Assembly (NCBI GenBank): GCA_965224085.1
Contig: CBDCYI010000005.1
Span: forward strand, 1,056,001-1,120,000
Reading direction: 5' to 3'
DNA length: 64,000 bases
Source: Candidatus Marinacidobacterales bacterium
Lineage (GTDB): Bacteria > Acidobacteriota > Vicinamibacteria > Marinacidobacterales > SMYC01
A program made the position numbers and the translations under genes. This document shows positions 21,083 through 30,730 of the stretch, in pieces (the stretch's first letter is position 1; every line of letters starts with the position of its first letter). Below the pieces are notes generated by a model. That model was given only the letters and a program-made list of their open reading frames with translations. It had not been told where the DNA came from and did not search any database.

Positions 21083-22579
21083 ATGAGCAGTACGAGCCTC
21101 GCCAGCGACCCACAAAAACCCGGGGACGAGCACCAAAGCCTCATCGTGCTCGTGGATGACGACCGCAATCTGTGCGATCTCGTGGAGCGCTTTCTCGAGC
21201 GTGCGGGCCATCGTGTCCAAATCTTTCATGACGGCGAGAGCTTCCTCGCCGCACTCGGCGCCATGATGCCGGACGCCATCTGCCTCGACTTGAGCATGCC
21301 CGGGATTGGCGGCCTCAAGACGCTCGAGCTCATCAAAGATCGTCAGGAGCAGCTTCCTGTCATTATTCTCACCGCCGACCATGCCGTCGCGAGCGTCGTA
21401 AGCGCGATGCAGGGCGGGGCCTACGACTACATCGTCAAGCCCACCGATCGCACCAAGCTCATCACGACCGTCGGCAACGCCGTCAATCACTACCGCATGT
21501 CGATGCGGCTGCGTCAGCTCGAACGTGAGGTCGAAGGCGAAGGCTACGCCAATATCGTCGGAGAGTCTCGACCGATGAAAGAGCTGTACCGGCAGATGGA
21601 CCGCGTGGCTGCGAGCGACATCACCATCCTGGTCCATGGCGAGAGCGGCACCGGTAAAGAGCTCGTGGCGCAGGCCATCTACGAGGCCAGTGGACGCCGC
21701 TCCGGTCCTTTCATCGCCCTGAACTGCGCGGCGATCCCGGAGACGTTGCAAGAATCGGAGATCTTCGGTCACGAAAAAGGCGCTTTTACCGGAGCGGTGA
21801 GCCGCCACATCGGCAAGTTCGAGCAAGCGGATTCGGGATGTCTCTTTATGGACGAAGTCGCGGAGCTCAGCTTGACGCTTCAAGCCAAGCTTCTGCGCGC
21901 GATTCAAGAAAGGCGCTTTCATCGGGTTGGGGGATCCACGCAAGTAAAGTCCGACTTTCGGCTCATCGCCGCAACGCATCGCAACTTGCTCGACGAAGTC
22001 AAAAAGGGACGTTTTCGCGAAGACCTCTACTTCCGCATCGCCGTGTTCGAGCTCGAAGTGCCTCCGCTACGGGAACGCGGTGATGACGTGACACTTCTCG
22101 CGGAGCGCTTTCTTGATCGCTATAAGCCAAAGCGTAAAGGCGGCAAAGCCGTAGCGCGTCCAAAATTTTCGCCGGCGGTGATCGGTCACTTGAACACCTA
22201 CAACTGGCCGGGCAACGTTCGCGAGCTCGAGAACATCATGCAGCGGTGCCTCCTCATCGCGAAAAACAACGTCATCCAGCCTGACGATCTGCCGCCACGC
22301 CTCCGGATGGGCTCGACCCAGATGGGGGCGCCCGAGGAGGCGCCAGCGCTCGACGACGCGACGCGTGCGGCGACGGTGACGGCAACCCTATCGCCCACTG
22401 CCACAAAAGCGCCGAGCGCGCCCCGATTCGAGACGCTCGATTTGAAGGCGCTCGAGCGACGGGCCATCGAGCAAGCCCTCGTAGAAGCGAACGGCAATCT
22501 GTCTCAAGTAGTGAGGCTACTCGGTATCGGGCGCACCACGCTTTATCGCAAGCTCAAATCGCACAAGTTGCGCGAATAG
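21083..22579 (+). CDS. Sigma54-dependent response regulator (NtrC family: REC-AAA+-Fis HTH)
   Basis: LVDDD..LDLSMP..KP, GESGTGKE, GAFTGA, WPGNVRELEN, LGIGRTTLYRKL. Confidence 0.96.
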   Translation: MSSTSLASDPQKPGDEHQSLIVLVDDDRNLCDLVERFLERAGHRVQIFHDGESFLAALGAMMPDAICLDLSMPGIGGLKTLELIKDRQEQLPVIILTADHAVASVVSAMQGGAYDYIVKPTDRTKLITTVGNAVNHYRMSMRLRQLEREVEGEGYANIVGESRPMKELYRQMDRVAASDITILVHGESGTGKELVAQAIYEASGRRSGPFIALNCAAIPETLQESEIFGHEKGAFTGAVSRHIGKFEQADSGCLFMDEVAELSLTLQAKLLRAIQERRFHRVGGSTQVKSDFRLIAATHRNLLDEVKKGRFREDLYFRIAVFELEVPPLRERGDDVTLLAERFLDRYKPKRKGGKAVARPKFSPAVIGHLNTYNWPGNVRELENIMQRCLLIAKNNVIQPDDLPPRLRMGSTQMGAPEEAPALDDATRAATVTATLSPTATKAPSAPRFETLDLKALERRAIEQALVEANGNLSQVVRLLGIGRTTLYRKLKSHKLRE

Positions 22580-22599
22580 GTCGTCCGCGCCGCAGGACC

Positions 22600-25500
22600 A
22601 TGAACGAGCCGTCACCTGCACTGAGCGAGAACGAGCTGCGCGCGCGAATCCGCGAGCTCGAGGGTGCACTCGCCGCCCTCACGCAAAACCCGTCCCGAAC
22701 CGTCGATCTCCGCGCGGACGTCGCGCGAGCGCTCGTCGAAGGCGAGCGCCGCTACCGTCAGCTCATGGAGCATAGCGGCGCCTTCATCTGCACCCACGAT
22801 ATGAACGGCGTGCTGCTCACGGTGAACCGCGCTGCCGCGGGTCGGCTCGGATACACGCCGCAGGCGATGGTGGGGCGCAGTATCGAGGAGTTCATCGACC
22901 CGGACCAATACGAACGTTTCCACGCTTACTTGCGCAAGGCCTTGTCCGTGGCAACGGTGAGCGGCATCTTTACGGTCCGCTGCAGCGACGGCGAGCGCCG
23001 CAACTGGGCCTATCACAGCGCGCGTTTCCAAGAGCCCGGCCAGGAGACTTGTGTGCTCGGCCACGCTCAAGACATCACGGAGATGAAAAGGCTCGAAGAG
23101 ACGCTCCGGCTCACGCAGTTCTCCGTCGACAAAGCCGCCGATGCGGTTTTCTGGATTGCCTCTGATGGGCAGCTTCGTTACGTGAATGATGCGGCTTGCG
23201 ACTATCTCGGCTATAGCCGCGACGAACTGCTCGCGGCCTCGATCGAAGAGATCGACATCACGCTCGAGCCCGCAGACTGGCCCGCGCACTGGGAGCAAGT
23301 TAAAGAGCTCGAGCGCTTCACCACCGAAACGATCTACCGTACCAAGGACGGGGGCAGTTTCCCTGTCGAAGTCACGGTCAATTTTTTGCAATATCGCGGG
23401 CAGGAATATCACTGCGTCTTCGCGCGCGAGATCTCCGAGCGGAAGGAAGTCGAAGACGCCATCATCGCGACGACCGCAAGACTCGAAGGACTCATCGAGA
23501 ACCTGCAATCGGGGATTCTTTTCGAAGACGACGGACGGAACGTCGTCATGGCCAATCAAACGCTTTGTCAGATGCTCGATATCCCCGTTCCGCCAACGGC
23601 TCTGGCCGGCGCCGATTCCCGGACCATTCTCGAGCAATGCAAGAGCCTGTTTCCGGAGCCCAAGCAGTTCGTTGAACGCATAGACAACATTTTGACGGCG
23701 CATAGCCTGATCCGAAACGAAGAACTCACGCTTCGCGACGGCCGCGTCTTTGCGCGTGACTTCATCCCCATCATCACACAGAACTACCGGGCGCACCTCT
23801 GGCAATATCGCGACGTCACCGAGCGCAAGCGCGCCGAAGCCGAGATCGTGCGCGCCAAAGAAGAAGCCGAGCAAGCGAACGCGGCCAAGAGCAGCTTCCT
23901 CGCGATGATGAGCCACGAGCTCCGCACGCCGCTCAACGCGATCCTCGGCATGACGGAGCTGTCTCTCGATACCCATTTGAACCGCGAACAGAGCGCCTTC
24001 TTGCACACGATCCAGACGAACTCGGAGAATCTGCTGAGGCTCATCGATGACGTGTTGGATCTTTCGAAAATCGAAGCCAACCGGATGGACCTCGAGCACA
24101 TCCCTTTCGATCCACGCGAGCTGCTAGAGGAGGTGGCGGAGTCGGTCAACGTCCGCGCCGCGACGAAAGACGTCGAGCTCTTGATCGATATCGACCCTCA
24201 CCTCCCCTCCGAGATCGTCGGCGACCCCAAGCGCGTGCGCCAGGTGCTCGCCAATCTCGCCGGGAATGCGGTGAAGTTTACAGAGAAAGGATCGGTTCAG
24301 CTCTCGGTAGAGGTCGAGGACTGGACACCGGGCGACCGCGTCGACCTTGCTTTCGTCGTCGCCGATACCGGCATCGGTATCGCGAAAGACAAACAGGACC
24401 AATTGTTCTCGAGGTTCTATCAAGCGGAGAGCTCGACCACGCGGCGCTTCGGCGGCACCGGCCTCGGTCTCAACATCTCCCAAACCCTCGTCGAGCTCAT
24501 GGGTGGGCGTATCGAGTTCGAGAGTGAACCTGGCCAAGGCAGTACGTTTCGCATCAACGTCACGACCGAAGCGCCGGCGGATACGGAACCGAACTCGGCC
24601 CGGCACCGCTCGCAGCTCGCCGAGGCTCGCGGCAGAGTTCTGCTTTGTGTGGAACAAGAGACGCAGCGCCGGATCCTCGCGCGTCTGTTCATTGCCTGGG
24701 GGCTCGAGGTTTCTCTCGTGAATGCACTCGACGAGCTCCAAGCGGGGCTCGAGGGAGACAACGTGAAACCCACGCTCGTCGTGCTCGAGCACCGACCGGA
24801 GAAGATGGATCTCACAACGCTCGGCGCGATCCGAAAGCCGCCCGAGCGAGAGCTCCTCCTCCTGACGTCGATCGGGGCCAGCACTTCGACGGTGTTGACC
24901 GAGACCTGTCCGCACCTCCTCACGAAGCCGGTCAATCAAAAAAGACTCGCCGATGCACTCGGACGCGCCTTCGGACTGCGAAGTCATGCGCCGCCGGTCA
25001 GGGTCGAGCCGGCTCCGGCGCCGACACCGCCCGCGGAAAGCGAGCCGTTTCGGGTCCTTCTCGTCGAGGACAATTTAGACAACCGGCGGCTCGCCGAACG
25101 CGTTCTTCACGATGCCGGCGCTCTTGTCGATACCGCGGAAAACGGCAGCGATGCGGTCGAGATGGCAGGACACATACTTTACGACCTCATCGTGATGGAC
25201 TTGATGATGCCGGTAATGGATGGGTTCGAGGCCGCGACCAAGATTCGAGAAAACGAGGCCGCGCCGAATCGAGTGCCGATCGTGGCATTGACGGCGCACG
25301 CCACAGAAGGCTATCGCGCGCGCTGTTTGGCAGCCGGCATGGACGACTACATGTCGAAGCCTTTCAAGAAAGAGCGCTTTCTTGCGGTCTTGGATCAATG
25401 GGTGGACCGCCGCCCCATCATCCTCATCGCCGACGATGCCCGCGAGAGCCGTCTCATCGTCAAACGCTTCCTGATGCTGAGCGGCGACTACCGTCTCTTG

Positions 25501-26127
25501 ATCGGGAAAAACGGCCAGGAAGCGCTCGAGCTCATGACCCGCCGACGTGTCGCCCTCGTGCTGTTGGATATGGAGATGCCGGTCCTCGACGGCTTCGAAG
25601 CCGCCCCTCGCATTCGCGCTCTTCCCGGGCGCGATCACATCCCTATCGTTGCCATGACGGCTCACCATGACCCTGCGGAGCTCGCCCGCTGCATCGACGC
25701 AGGCTGCACAACAGTGATTCAAAAGCCGCTCGATCGCGGCAAGCTGGCGGCGCTCGTCTCCCGGCTCGTGAAGCCTCGGAGTGACACCGAGCTCGAGCGC
25801 GTGTTCGAGCCCGCGTCCGAAAACGCCCCTCCCGGCGTCGTCGTCATCGATCCCGACATCCAGGATCTCGTGCCGCGATTTCTCGAGAACCAGCTCGCAA
25901 GAGCCAAGCTCGTGGTCGACTTGACCGGAAGCGGAGATTTCGAGACGGTCCGCCGCATCGGCCATAACATGAAAGGCACCGGCAAGGGCTACGGTTTCGA
26001 GGTCATCAGCTCCTTCGGCGAGTCTCTGGAACGAGCCGCGACCCGCTCGGCACGTGCGGAGGTCACCCGCATCGCTAAGGAGCTCGAAGAGTACCTCGCA
26101 GAAGTGAGGTGGCAGGCTCGTAGCTAG
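22600..26127 (+). CDS. Soluble hybrid sensor histidine kinase (3 PAS, HisKA, HATPase, degenerate REC, 2 REC, Hpt)
   Basis: MSHELRTPLN, NAVKFT, DTGIGI, GGTGLGL, MDLMMP, LDMEMP, GHNMKG; no TM helix seen. Confidence 0.95.
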   Translation: MNEPSPALSENELRARIRELEGALAALTQNPSRTVDLRADVARALVEGERRYRQLMEHSGAFICTHDMNGVLLTVNRAAAGRLGYTPQAMVGRSIEEFIDPDQYERFHAYLRKALSVATVSGIFTVRCSDGERRNWAYHSARFQEPGQETCVLGHAQDITEMKRLEETLRLTQFSVDKAADAVFWIASDGQLRYVNDAACDYLGYSRDELLAASIEEIDITLEPADWPAHWEQVKELERFTTETIYRTKDGGSFPVEVTVNFLQYRGQEYHCVFAREISERKEVEDAIIATTARLEGLIENLQSGILFEDDGRNVVMANQTLCQMLDIPVPPTALAGADSRTILEQCKSLFPEPKQFVERIDNILTAHSLIRNEELTLRDGRVFARDFIPIITQNYRAHLWQYRDVTERKRAEAEIVRAKEEAEQANAAKSSFLAMMSHELRTPLNAILGMTELSLDTHLNREQSAFLHTIQTNSENLLRLIDDVLDLSKIEANRMDLEHIPFDPRELLEEVAESVNVRAATKDVELLIDIDPHLPSEIVGDPKRVRQVLANLAGNAVKFTEKGSVQLSVEVEDWTPGDRVDLAFVVADTGIGIAKDKQDQLFSRFYQAESSTTRRFGGTGLGLNISQTLVELMGGRIEFESEPGQGSTFRINVTTEAPADTEPNSARHRSQLAEARGRVLLCVEQETQRRILARLFIAWGLEVSLVNALDELQAGLEGDNVKPTLVVLEHRPEKMDLTTLGAIRKPPERELLLLTSIGASTSTVLTETCPHLLTKPVNQKRLADALGRAFGLRSHAPPVRVEPAPAPTPPAESEPFRVLLVEDNLDNRRLAERVLHDAGALVDTAENGSDAVEMAGHILYDLIVMDLMMPVMDGFEAATKIRENEAAPNRVPIVALTAHATEGYRARCLAAGMDDYMSKPFKKERFLAVLDQWVDRRPIILIADDARESRLIVKRFLMLSGDYRLLIGKNGQEALELMTRRRVALVLLDMEMPVLDGFEAAPRIRALPGRDHIPIVAMTAHHDPAELARCIDAGCTTVIQKPLDRGKLAALVSRLVKPRSDTELERVFEPASENAPPGVVVIDPDIQDLVPRFLENQLARAKLVVDLTGSGDFETVRRIGHNMKGTGKGYGFEVISSFGESLERAATRSARAEVTRIAKELEEYLAEVRWQARS

Positions 26128-26320
26128 TCGCTCGAAAAGATCCGAAAAAACAAAGGGATCAAGAATAAGAAAAGATAAACGCCAAGATGCAAAGGCCCAA
26201 GACGCAGAGGATACGCGGTTCGATTCCCCAAGAGGAATCTCGCGTCTTTGTGCCCTGACGATTCATAGCCGCGATGGATGAAGTGCAAGGAAACGCCGCA
26301 ACGAAACGTATTCGAGAATC

Positions 26321-28156
26321 GTGGACAGACAAGAAAACGACAATCTGAAGGCGCTCCTGCGGAAAGTCTTCGGCTATGCGAGCTATCGCGGCCAGCAGCA
26401 GCGGATCATCGAGCACGTTGTCGCTGGCAATTCCGCACTAGTGCTCATGCCCACGGGCGGCGGAAAGAGCCTCTGTTACCAAATCCCTGCACTCGTGCGG
26501 GACGGCGTCGCCATCGTCGTCTCGCCGCTGATAGCTCTCATGCAGGATCAAGTCGCGTCGCTCCATCAGGTCGGTCTGCGAGCTGCGTTCATCAATTCGA
26601 CGCTTCCCTATGAGACGGCGCGCGAGCGCGAATCCAGCATGGTCGCCGGACGTTTCGATCTCATCTATGTCGCACCCGAGCGGCTCACGACCGAACCGTT
26701 TCTCGAGCGCCTCGATCAGACGAAGCTCGCTCTTTTCGCGATCGACGAGGCCCACTGCGTGAGCCAATGGGGCCACGACTTTCGTCCGGAATATCGGCAA
26801 CTCGACATCCTCGAGTCGCGCTACCCCTCGGTCCCACGGATCGCACTCACCGCGACGGCCGACGCACCCACGAGGGGCGAGATCCAGACTCATCTCTCGA
26901 TTCCCAAGTCGGGCGTCTTTATCTCGGGGTTCGACCGGCCCAACATTCGCTATGAGATCGTCGCGAAGGCCAGCGCCCGCCAGCAGCTACTTCGTTTCAT
27001 CCGCTCGCGCCACAGCGGCGAAAGCGGCATCGTCTATTGCATGAGCCGCAAGAAAGTGGACGACACCGCGGCGTGGTTGAGGACACAGAGCGTCGAGGCC
27101 CTTCCCTATCACGCCGGGCTGGACAAGCGGGTCCGCAGCGCTCATCAGGAGCGCTTCATCAAGGAAGAGCGTCTTGTCATCGTGGCGACCATCGCTTTCG
27201 GCATGGGAATCGACAAGCCCGACGTGCGCTTCGTCGCCCATCTCGATCTTCCGAAAAGCTTGGAGGCCTATTACCAGGAGACGGGCCGCGCCGGACGTGA
27301 CGGCCTGCCGTCCGATGCCTGGCTCACCTACGGTTATGGCGACGCCGTCTTGATTCGTCAACTCGTGGAGCGCTCCGACGCCCCGATCGAGCGCAAGCGG
27401 CTCGAGCACCGCAAGTTGAATGCTCTTTTGGGATTTTGCGAGAGCGCCGAGTGTCGTCGGGCGGTGATGCTACATTATTTTGGCGAAACCGGAAGTGAGC
27501 GCTGCGGGAACTGCGATACGTGCTCGAATCCTGTCGAGACCTATGACGGCACTACAGAAGCTCGAAAAGCTCTTTCGAATGTCTACCGCACCGGCCAGCG
27601 CTTCGGCGCCGCCTACCTCGCGGACGTTTTGTTGGGAGCGGCCGACGGCCGCGTTCGCCAAAACCGTCACGAGCAAATCTCGACCTTCGGCATCGGCGCC
27701 GAACGGGATCGCAACAGCTGGCTCAGCGTCTATCGGCAGCTCGTTGCCGCGGGCCGTCTCGACGTGGACCCGGACCACGGCGGCCTTTCGCTTTCGAAAA
27801 CGGCGTGGCCGCTTCTCAAAGGACAAGAGACGATCCGGCTACGACGCGACCCCAAAGCCGTCCGAAGCGGAGGCAAGGCGAAAGCCGGCGGCGGACGGTC
27901 CGTGGAACTGGTGCTGAGCTCGGAAAATGAGCGAGAGCTCTTCGACCTGTTGCGCGCGAAACGGCTCGAGCTTGCACGCGCCCAGAGCGTCCCACCCTAT
28001 GTCATCTTCCATGACCGCACGCTCGTCGAGATGGCTAAAGAACGGCCACGAACCCAAGAGGCGATGGCCTCCATTGTTGGTGTCGGCGAAGCGAAGCTCG
28101 CGAAATACGGCGACACGTTCTTGAAGCTGCTTCACCGGGAGCCAGACGCGCCGTAG
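26321..28156 (+). CDS. recQ: ATP-dependent DNA helicase RecQ
   Basis: [49 protein letters not shown] Cys cluster, HRDC (PPYVIFHD). Confidence 0.97.
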   Translation: MDRQENDNLKALLRKVFGYASYRGQQQRIIEHVVAGNSALVLMPTGGGKSLCYQIPALVRDGVAIVVSPLIALMQDQVASLHQVGLRAAFINSTLPYETARERESSMVAGRFDLIYVAPERLTTEPFLERLDQTKLALFAIDEAHCVSQWGHDFRPEYRQLDILESRYPSVPRIALTATADAPTRGEIQTHLSIPKSGVFISGFDRPNIRYEIVAKASARQQLLRFIRSRHSGESGIVYCMSRKKVDDTAAWLRTQSVEALPYHAGLDKRVRSAHQERFIKEERLVIVATIAFGMGIDKPDVRFVAHLDLPKSLEAYYQETGRAGRDGLPSDAWLTYGYGDAVLIRQLVERSDAPIERKRLEHRKLNALLGFCESAECRRAVMLHYFGETGSERCGNCDTCSNPVETYDGTTEARKALSNVYRTGQRFGAAYLADVLLGAADGRVRQNRHEQISTFGIGAERDRNSWLSVYRQLVAAGRLDVDPDHGGLSLSKTAWPLLKGQETIRLRRDPKAVRSGGKAKAGGGRSVELVLSSENERELFDLLRAKRLELARAQSVPPYVIFHDRTLVEMAKERPRTQEAMASIVGVGEAKLAKYGDTFLKLLHREPDAP

Positions 28157-28172
28157 CCTTGGCGTAGGCAGA

Positions 28173-28280
28173 TCAGCTCTTGTCGTCCACGAAGCCCGCC
28201 CAGTGCGTGCCGTCACAAAACGGTTTGTTCTTCGAGCCCCCTCAACGACAAAGCGTGCCACGGATTTCACTCGGGGTCAT
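28173..28280 (-). pseudogene. CDGSH iron-sulfur motif fragment with TGA in place of the second Cys
   Basis: Reads MTPSEIRGTLCR*GGSKNKPFCDGTHWAGFVDDKS*; internal TGA at 28242-28244; absent from the ORF track. Confidence 0.8.
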
Positions 28281-28590
28281 CTTTTTGGCCAACCGCCGCT
28301 CCTCCTCGTCGCGGGTCGGAACCCCCCATTCGAATACCACTATCCGCATCCACGTAGATCGCCTGGGCGTCGCCTATGAGGCCACGCTGGTGGAGCGCGT
28401 GACCCTTGGCCTCGAGTGCCTCCAACACGTCGCGCACAAGAGCTCGCTTTTCGTAGTCGATGCGATCGGGAAGCCATTGATGGTGGAATCGAGGCGCGTC
28501 GACGGCTTCTTGAGCCAGGCTCAAGGCGAGCGACAGCAGAACGACCGCGCTAGCGCATAACCCAGGTTGCACTCTCCAGAATGTAGTCAT
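28267..28590 (-). pseudogene. ggt: Gamma-glutamyltransferase reduced to a signal-like peptide plus extreme C-terminus
   Basis: Hydrophobic AVVLLSLALSLAQ joined in frame to EAVDAPRFHHQWLPD..KGH..GGSDPRRGG. Confidence 0.85.
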
Positions 28591-28909
28591 AGTCGTAACT
28601 CCGTTCGAATCGTTCCGTCGCCACGCCATCGACGTCCGGAATTTCGCTTTCTATGAGAAATCGGATGGTGCCGGCCCATGGCTCGACTTCGTTTCCCTCT
28701 TGAGGCCGAACTTCGACGCTTTGAATCGTCCACGTCACCGTGACGCCAAGTGCGGGGTTGACGTCCGCCTCCCCTTCGCGCTTCATGGACTCTGCCTCTT
28801 GCTTCAGGAGCATCTCCACGTCCTGGCGCGGGGGCGGTGGTTCCGGTTCGCTCCCGCAGGATGGGAAGACGAGCAGCGAAAGGATGCAAAGGCTTGCACT
28901 ATATTGCAT
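28550..28909 (-). CDS. Hypothetical lipoprotein
   Basis: Signal ending FPSC-G, PEPPPP linker, small beta-rich domain. Confidence 0.65.
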   Translation of the reverse strand: MQYSASLCILSLLVFPSCGSEPEPPPPRQDVEMLLKQEAESMKREGEADVNPALGVTVTWTIQSVEVRPQEGNEVEPWAGTIRFLIESEIPDVDGVATERFERSYDYDYILESATWVMR

Positions 28910-29037
28910 GAACGAGAGGCTAGCAGTGCCCGAATCGTGGGTCAAACCCCCGTTTGACGAGTGCCGGTTCCCTTCGGCACACTGATCTCGATCGATTCAT
29001 AGAACCTCCCCACCCCTTTCACCGAGCCGGAGCTAAA

Positions 29038-29427
29038 GTGTCGACGGAAAACCAAGCGGAGATCGAAGTCGCGATCGAATTGGAAGCGTCTCGCTTTTTG
29101 CCCGTGGCGACTTTCAGCGTCCGGCTCGCCGGTCCCGACATCTCGCCCCACGATCCGGTTTTCGGAATCATCGCCAACATGTCGACGACGGGCGCCTGCG
29201 TGATTACGAATCGCGGCCTCCCCAAAGACACGATGCTCGAGGTGTCGATCTCGTCCAAAACACTCGAACAAGGCGTCACGCTTCCCGCGCGGATCGTCTG
29301 GTGCGCAGAGCGGCTCGAGCCCGTCAGGGAGATCGCCGGCTATCTCACGGGGGTAGCGTTCGACACGGAATCGGAAAAGGCGATCCAAAGTCTTTTATCG
29401 ACCGCGCTGTTTCAGCCGGTCTCGTGA
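29038..29427 (+). CDS. PilZ-like domain protein
   Basis: NMSTTGA motif, ARIVW, GVAF; the RxxxR motif is degenerate (EASRF). Confidence 0.75.
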   Translation: MSTENQAEIEVAIELEASRFLPVATFSVRLAGPDISPHDPVFGIIANMSTTGACVITNRGLPKDTMLEVSISSKTLEQGVTLPARIVWCAERLEPVREIAGYLTGVAFDTESEKAIQSLLSTALFQPVS

Positions 29428-29431
29428 TCGC

Positions 29432-29980
29432 TCAGAGGCTCCCGAGCGTGAGTGCTTCGACATGAGGCACGAGGCGTTCGGCGAATTCCTGAGAGCGGCT
29501 CTCGTGCACAAGGAATCTCTGAGGAGAGACACACACTTGGCCTGTATTACGATATTTAGCAGAAACGGCGGATTTCGCCAAAGACTCGAGGTGCGCATCA
29601 GGGAAAATCAAAACAGGTGCGTTCCCGCCGAGCTCGAGCGAAAGACGCGTGAACGTGCGCGAGGCACCTTCCATCAGAATCCGCCCCACGCGAACGCTGC
29701 CGGTGAAGCTGATCTTGCGGCAGATCGGAGAGTTCAGCATGGTCTGACCCATCGATTCGGGCTCGCCATTGACGAGATTCAAAACCCCTTTTGGAAGATC
29801 TACTTCGGCGAGGATGTTGACGACCTCCATCGCCGTGAGCGGCGTATATTCCGACGCTCGCGCTACCACGGTGCAACCCAACGCCAAAGCCGCCGCCCAC
29901 GAGCGGAGAGGGTTGTAAGCCGGGAAGTTCCAAGCCGTGATAACACCGACGACACCCACGGGCTGCTTGAGCACCATCAT
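29432..29980 (-). pseudogene. Aldehyde dehydrogenase (SSADH-like) internal fragment
   Basis: PVGVVGVITAWNFP, ISFTGS, LELGGNAP, GQVCVS present; both termini missing. Confidence 0.9.
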
Positions 29981-30043
29981 CCGCCTAGGTAGGTAGGCGA
30001 TTCCTACACTTCCGTCCCGTCCACTTGGGAACGGAGCCTGCTA

Positions 30044-30730
30044 TCAGAGGCCGACGCGTTTCTTGAGCCCGGCCGCCGCTTCGCCGGCGTCCTGCTTCCC
30101 GCCGTTGAGCGCATCTTCCGTCGCGAATTCGAGAACGGTTTCGAGCTCCATTAGAGCGTCCTGCAGCTGTTTGGCCGCCTTCCCGGCGCCATGAATTCCG
30201 TCGCGGAGCTCCGTCGCCCCGCACTTCACCGAGCAGGTCACGTAAGCCTTCAGGACATCGCCGATGCCTGCGCCCGTCAATGCCATCATCCTTCGGAAGA
30301 AGTTCACGCCGGCGTGGTTCACGACATGGTTCGCCGCCGCGGTGGCGATGATCTCGCGCTTCAGAGGATGCTCGATAAAGAATTTCGAGAAAGCCTCCTG
30401 GAGCCTGCCCGGGAAATAGCTCGTCAGAAAGGGCGCGCCGTCCTCGCTGTCAGGAAAGTCCGTTTTCAAAATCTCGCTGAACGCCCATATCTTGACGTAG
30501 CCGAGAAGCAGTGCTAAGAGCGGCCGCGGAAGGCCACCCTCGATTTGATCAGTTTCTTTCAGCTCGCTCCAGGACGGAATGTGCTCGTCCTTGCGATTCA
30601 GGACGCCTTCGCGGTGAAGATCACCAATCAAGTCGAGAAAGTCTTCGTAACTCGCCGCGCTGCGGCGGCCATCGAGCGTCAACGCGAGCGCCTGGGCGGC
30701 GTTGTCGGCAAGCACGAGCTCCGCGACGTC
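30044..30730 (-). pseudogene. Large NAD-glutamate dehydrogenase, C-terminal fragment
   Basis: DVAELVLADNAAQ, GLPRPLLALLLGYVK, YFP, HPLKREIIAT..NHVVNHAG. Confidence 0.85.

Noticed and set aside
26211-26230. tRNA T-loop-like GGTTCGATTCC
   Set aside because: Only 2 bp of T-stem pair, and no acceptor, D or anticodon arms are evident.
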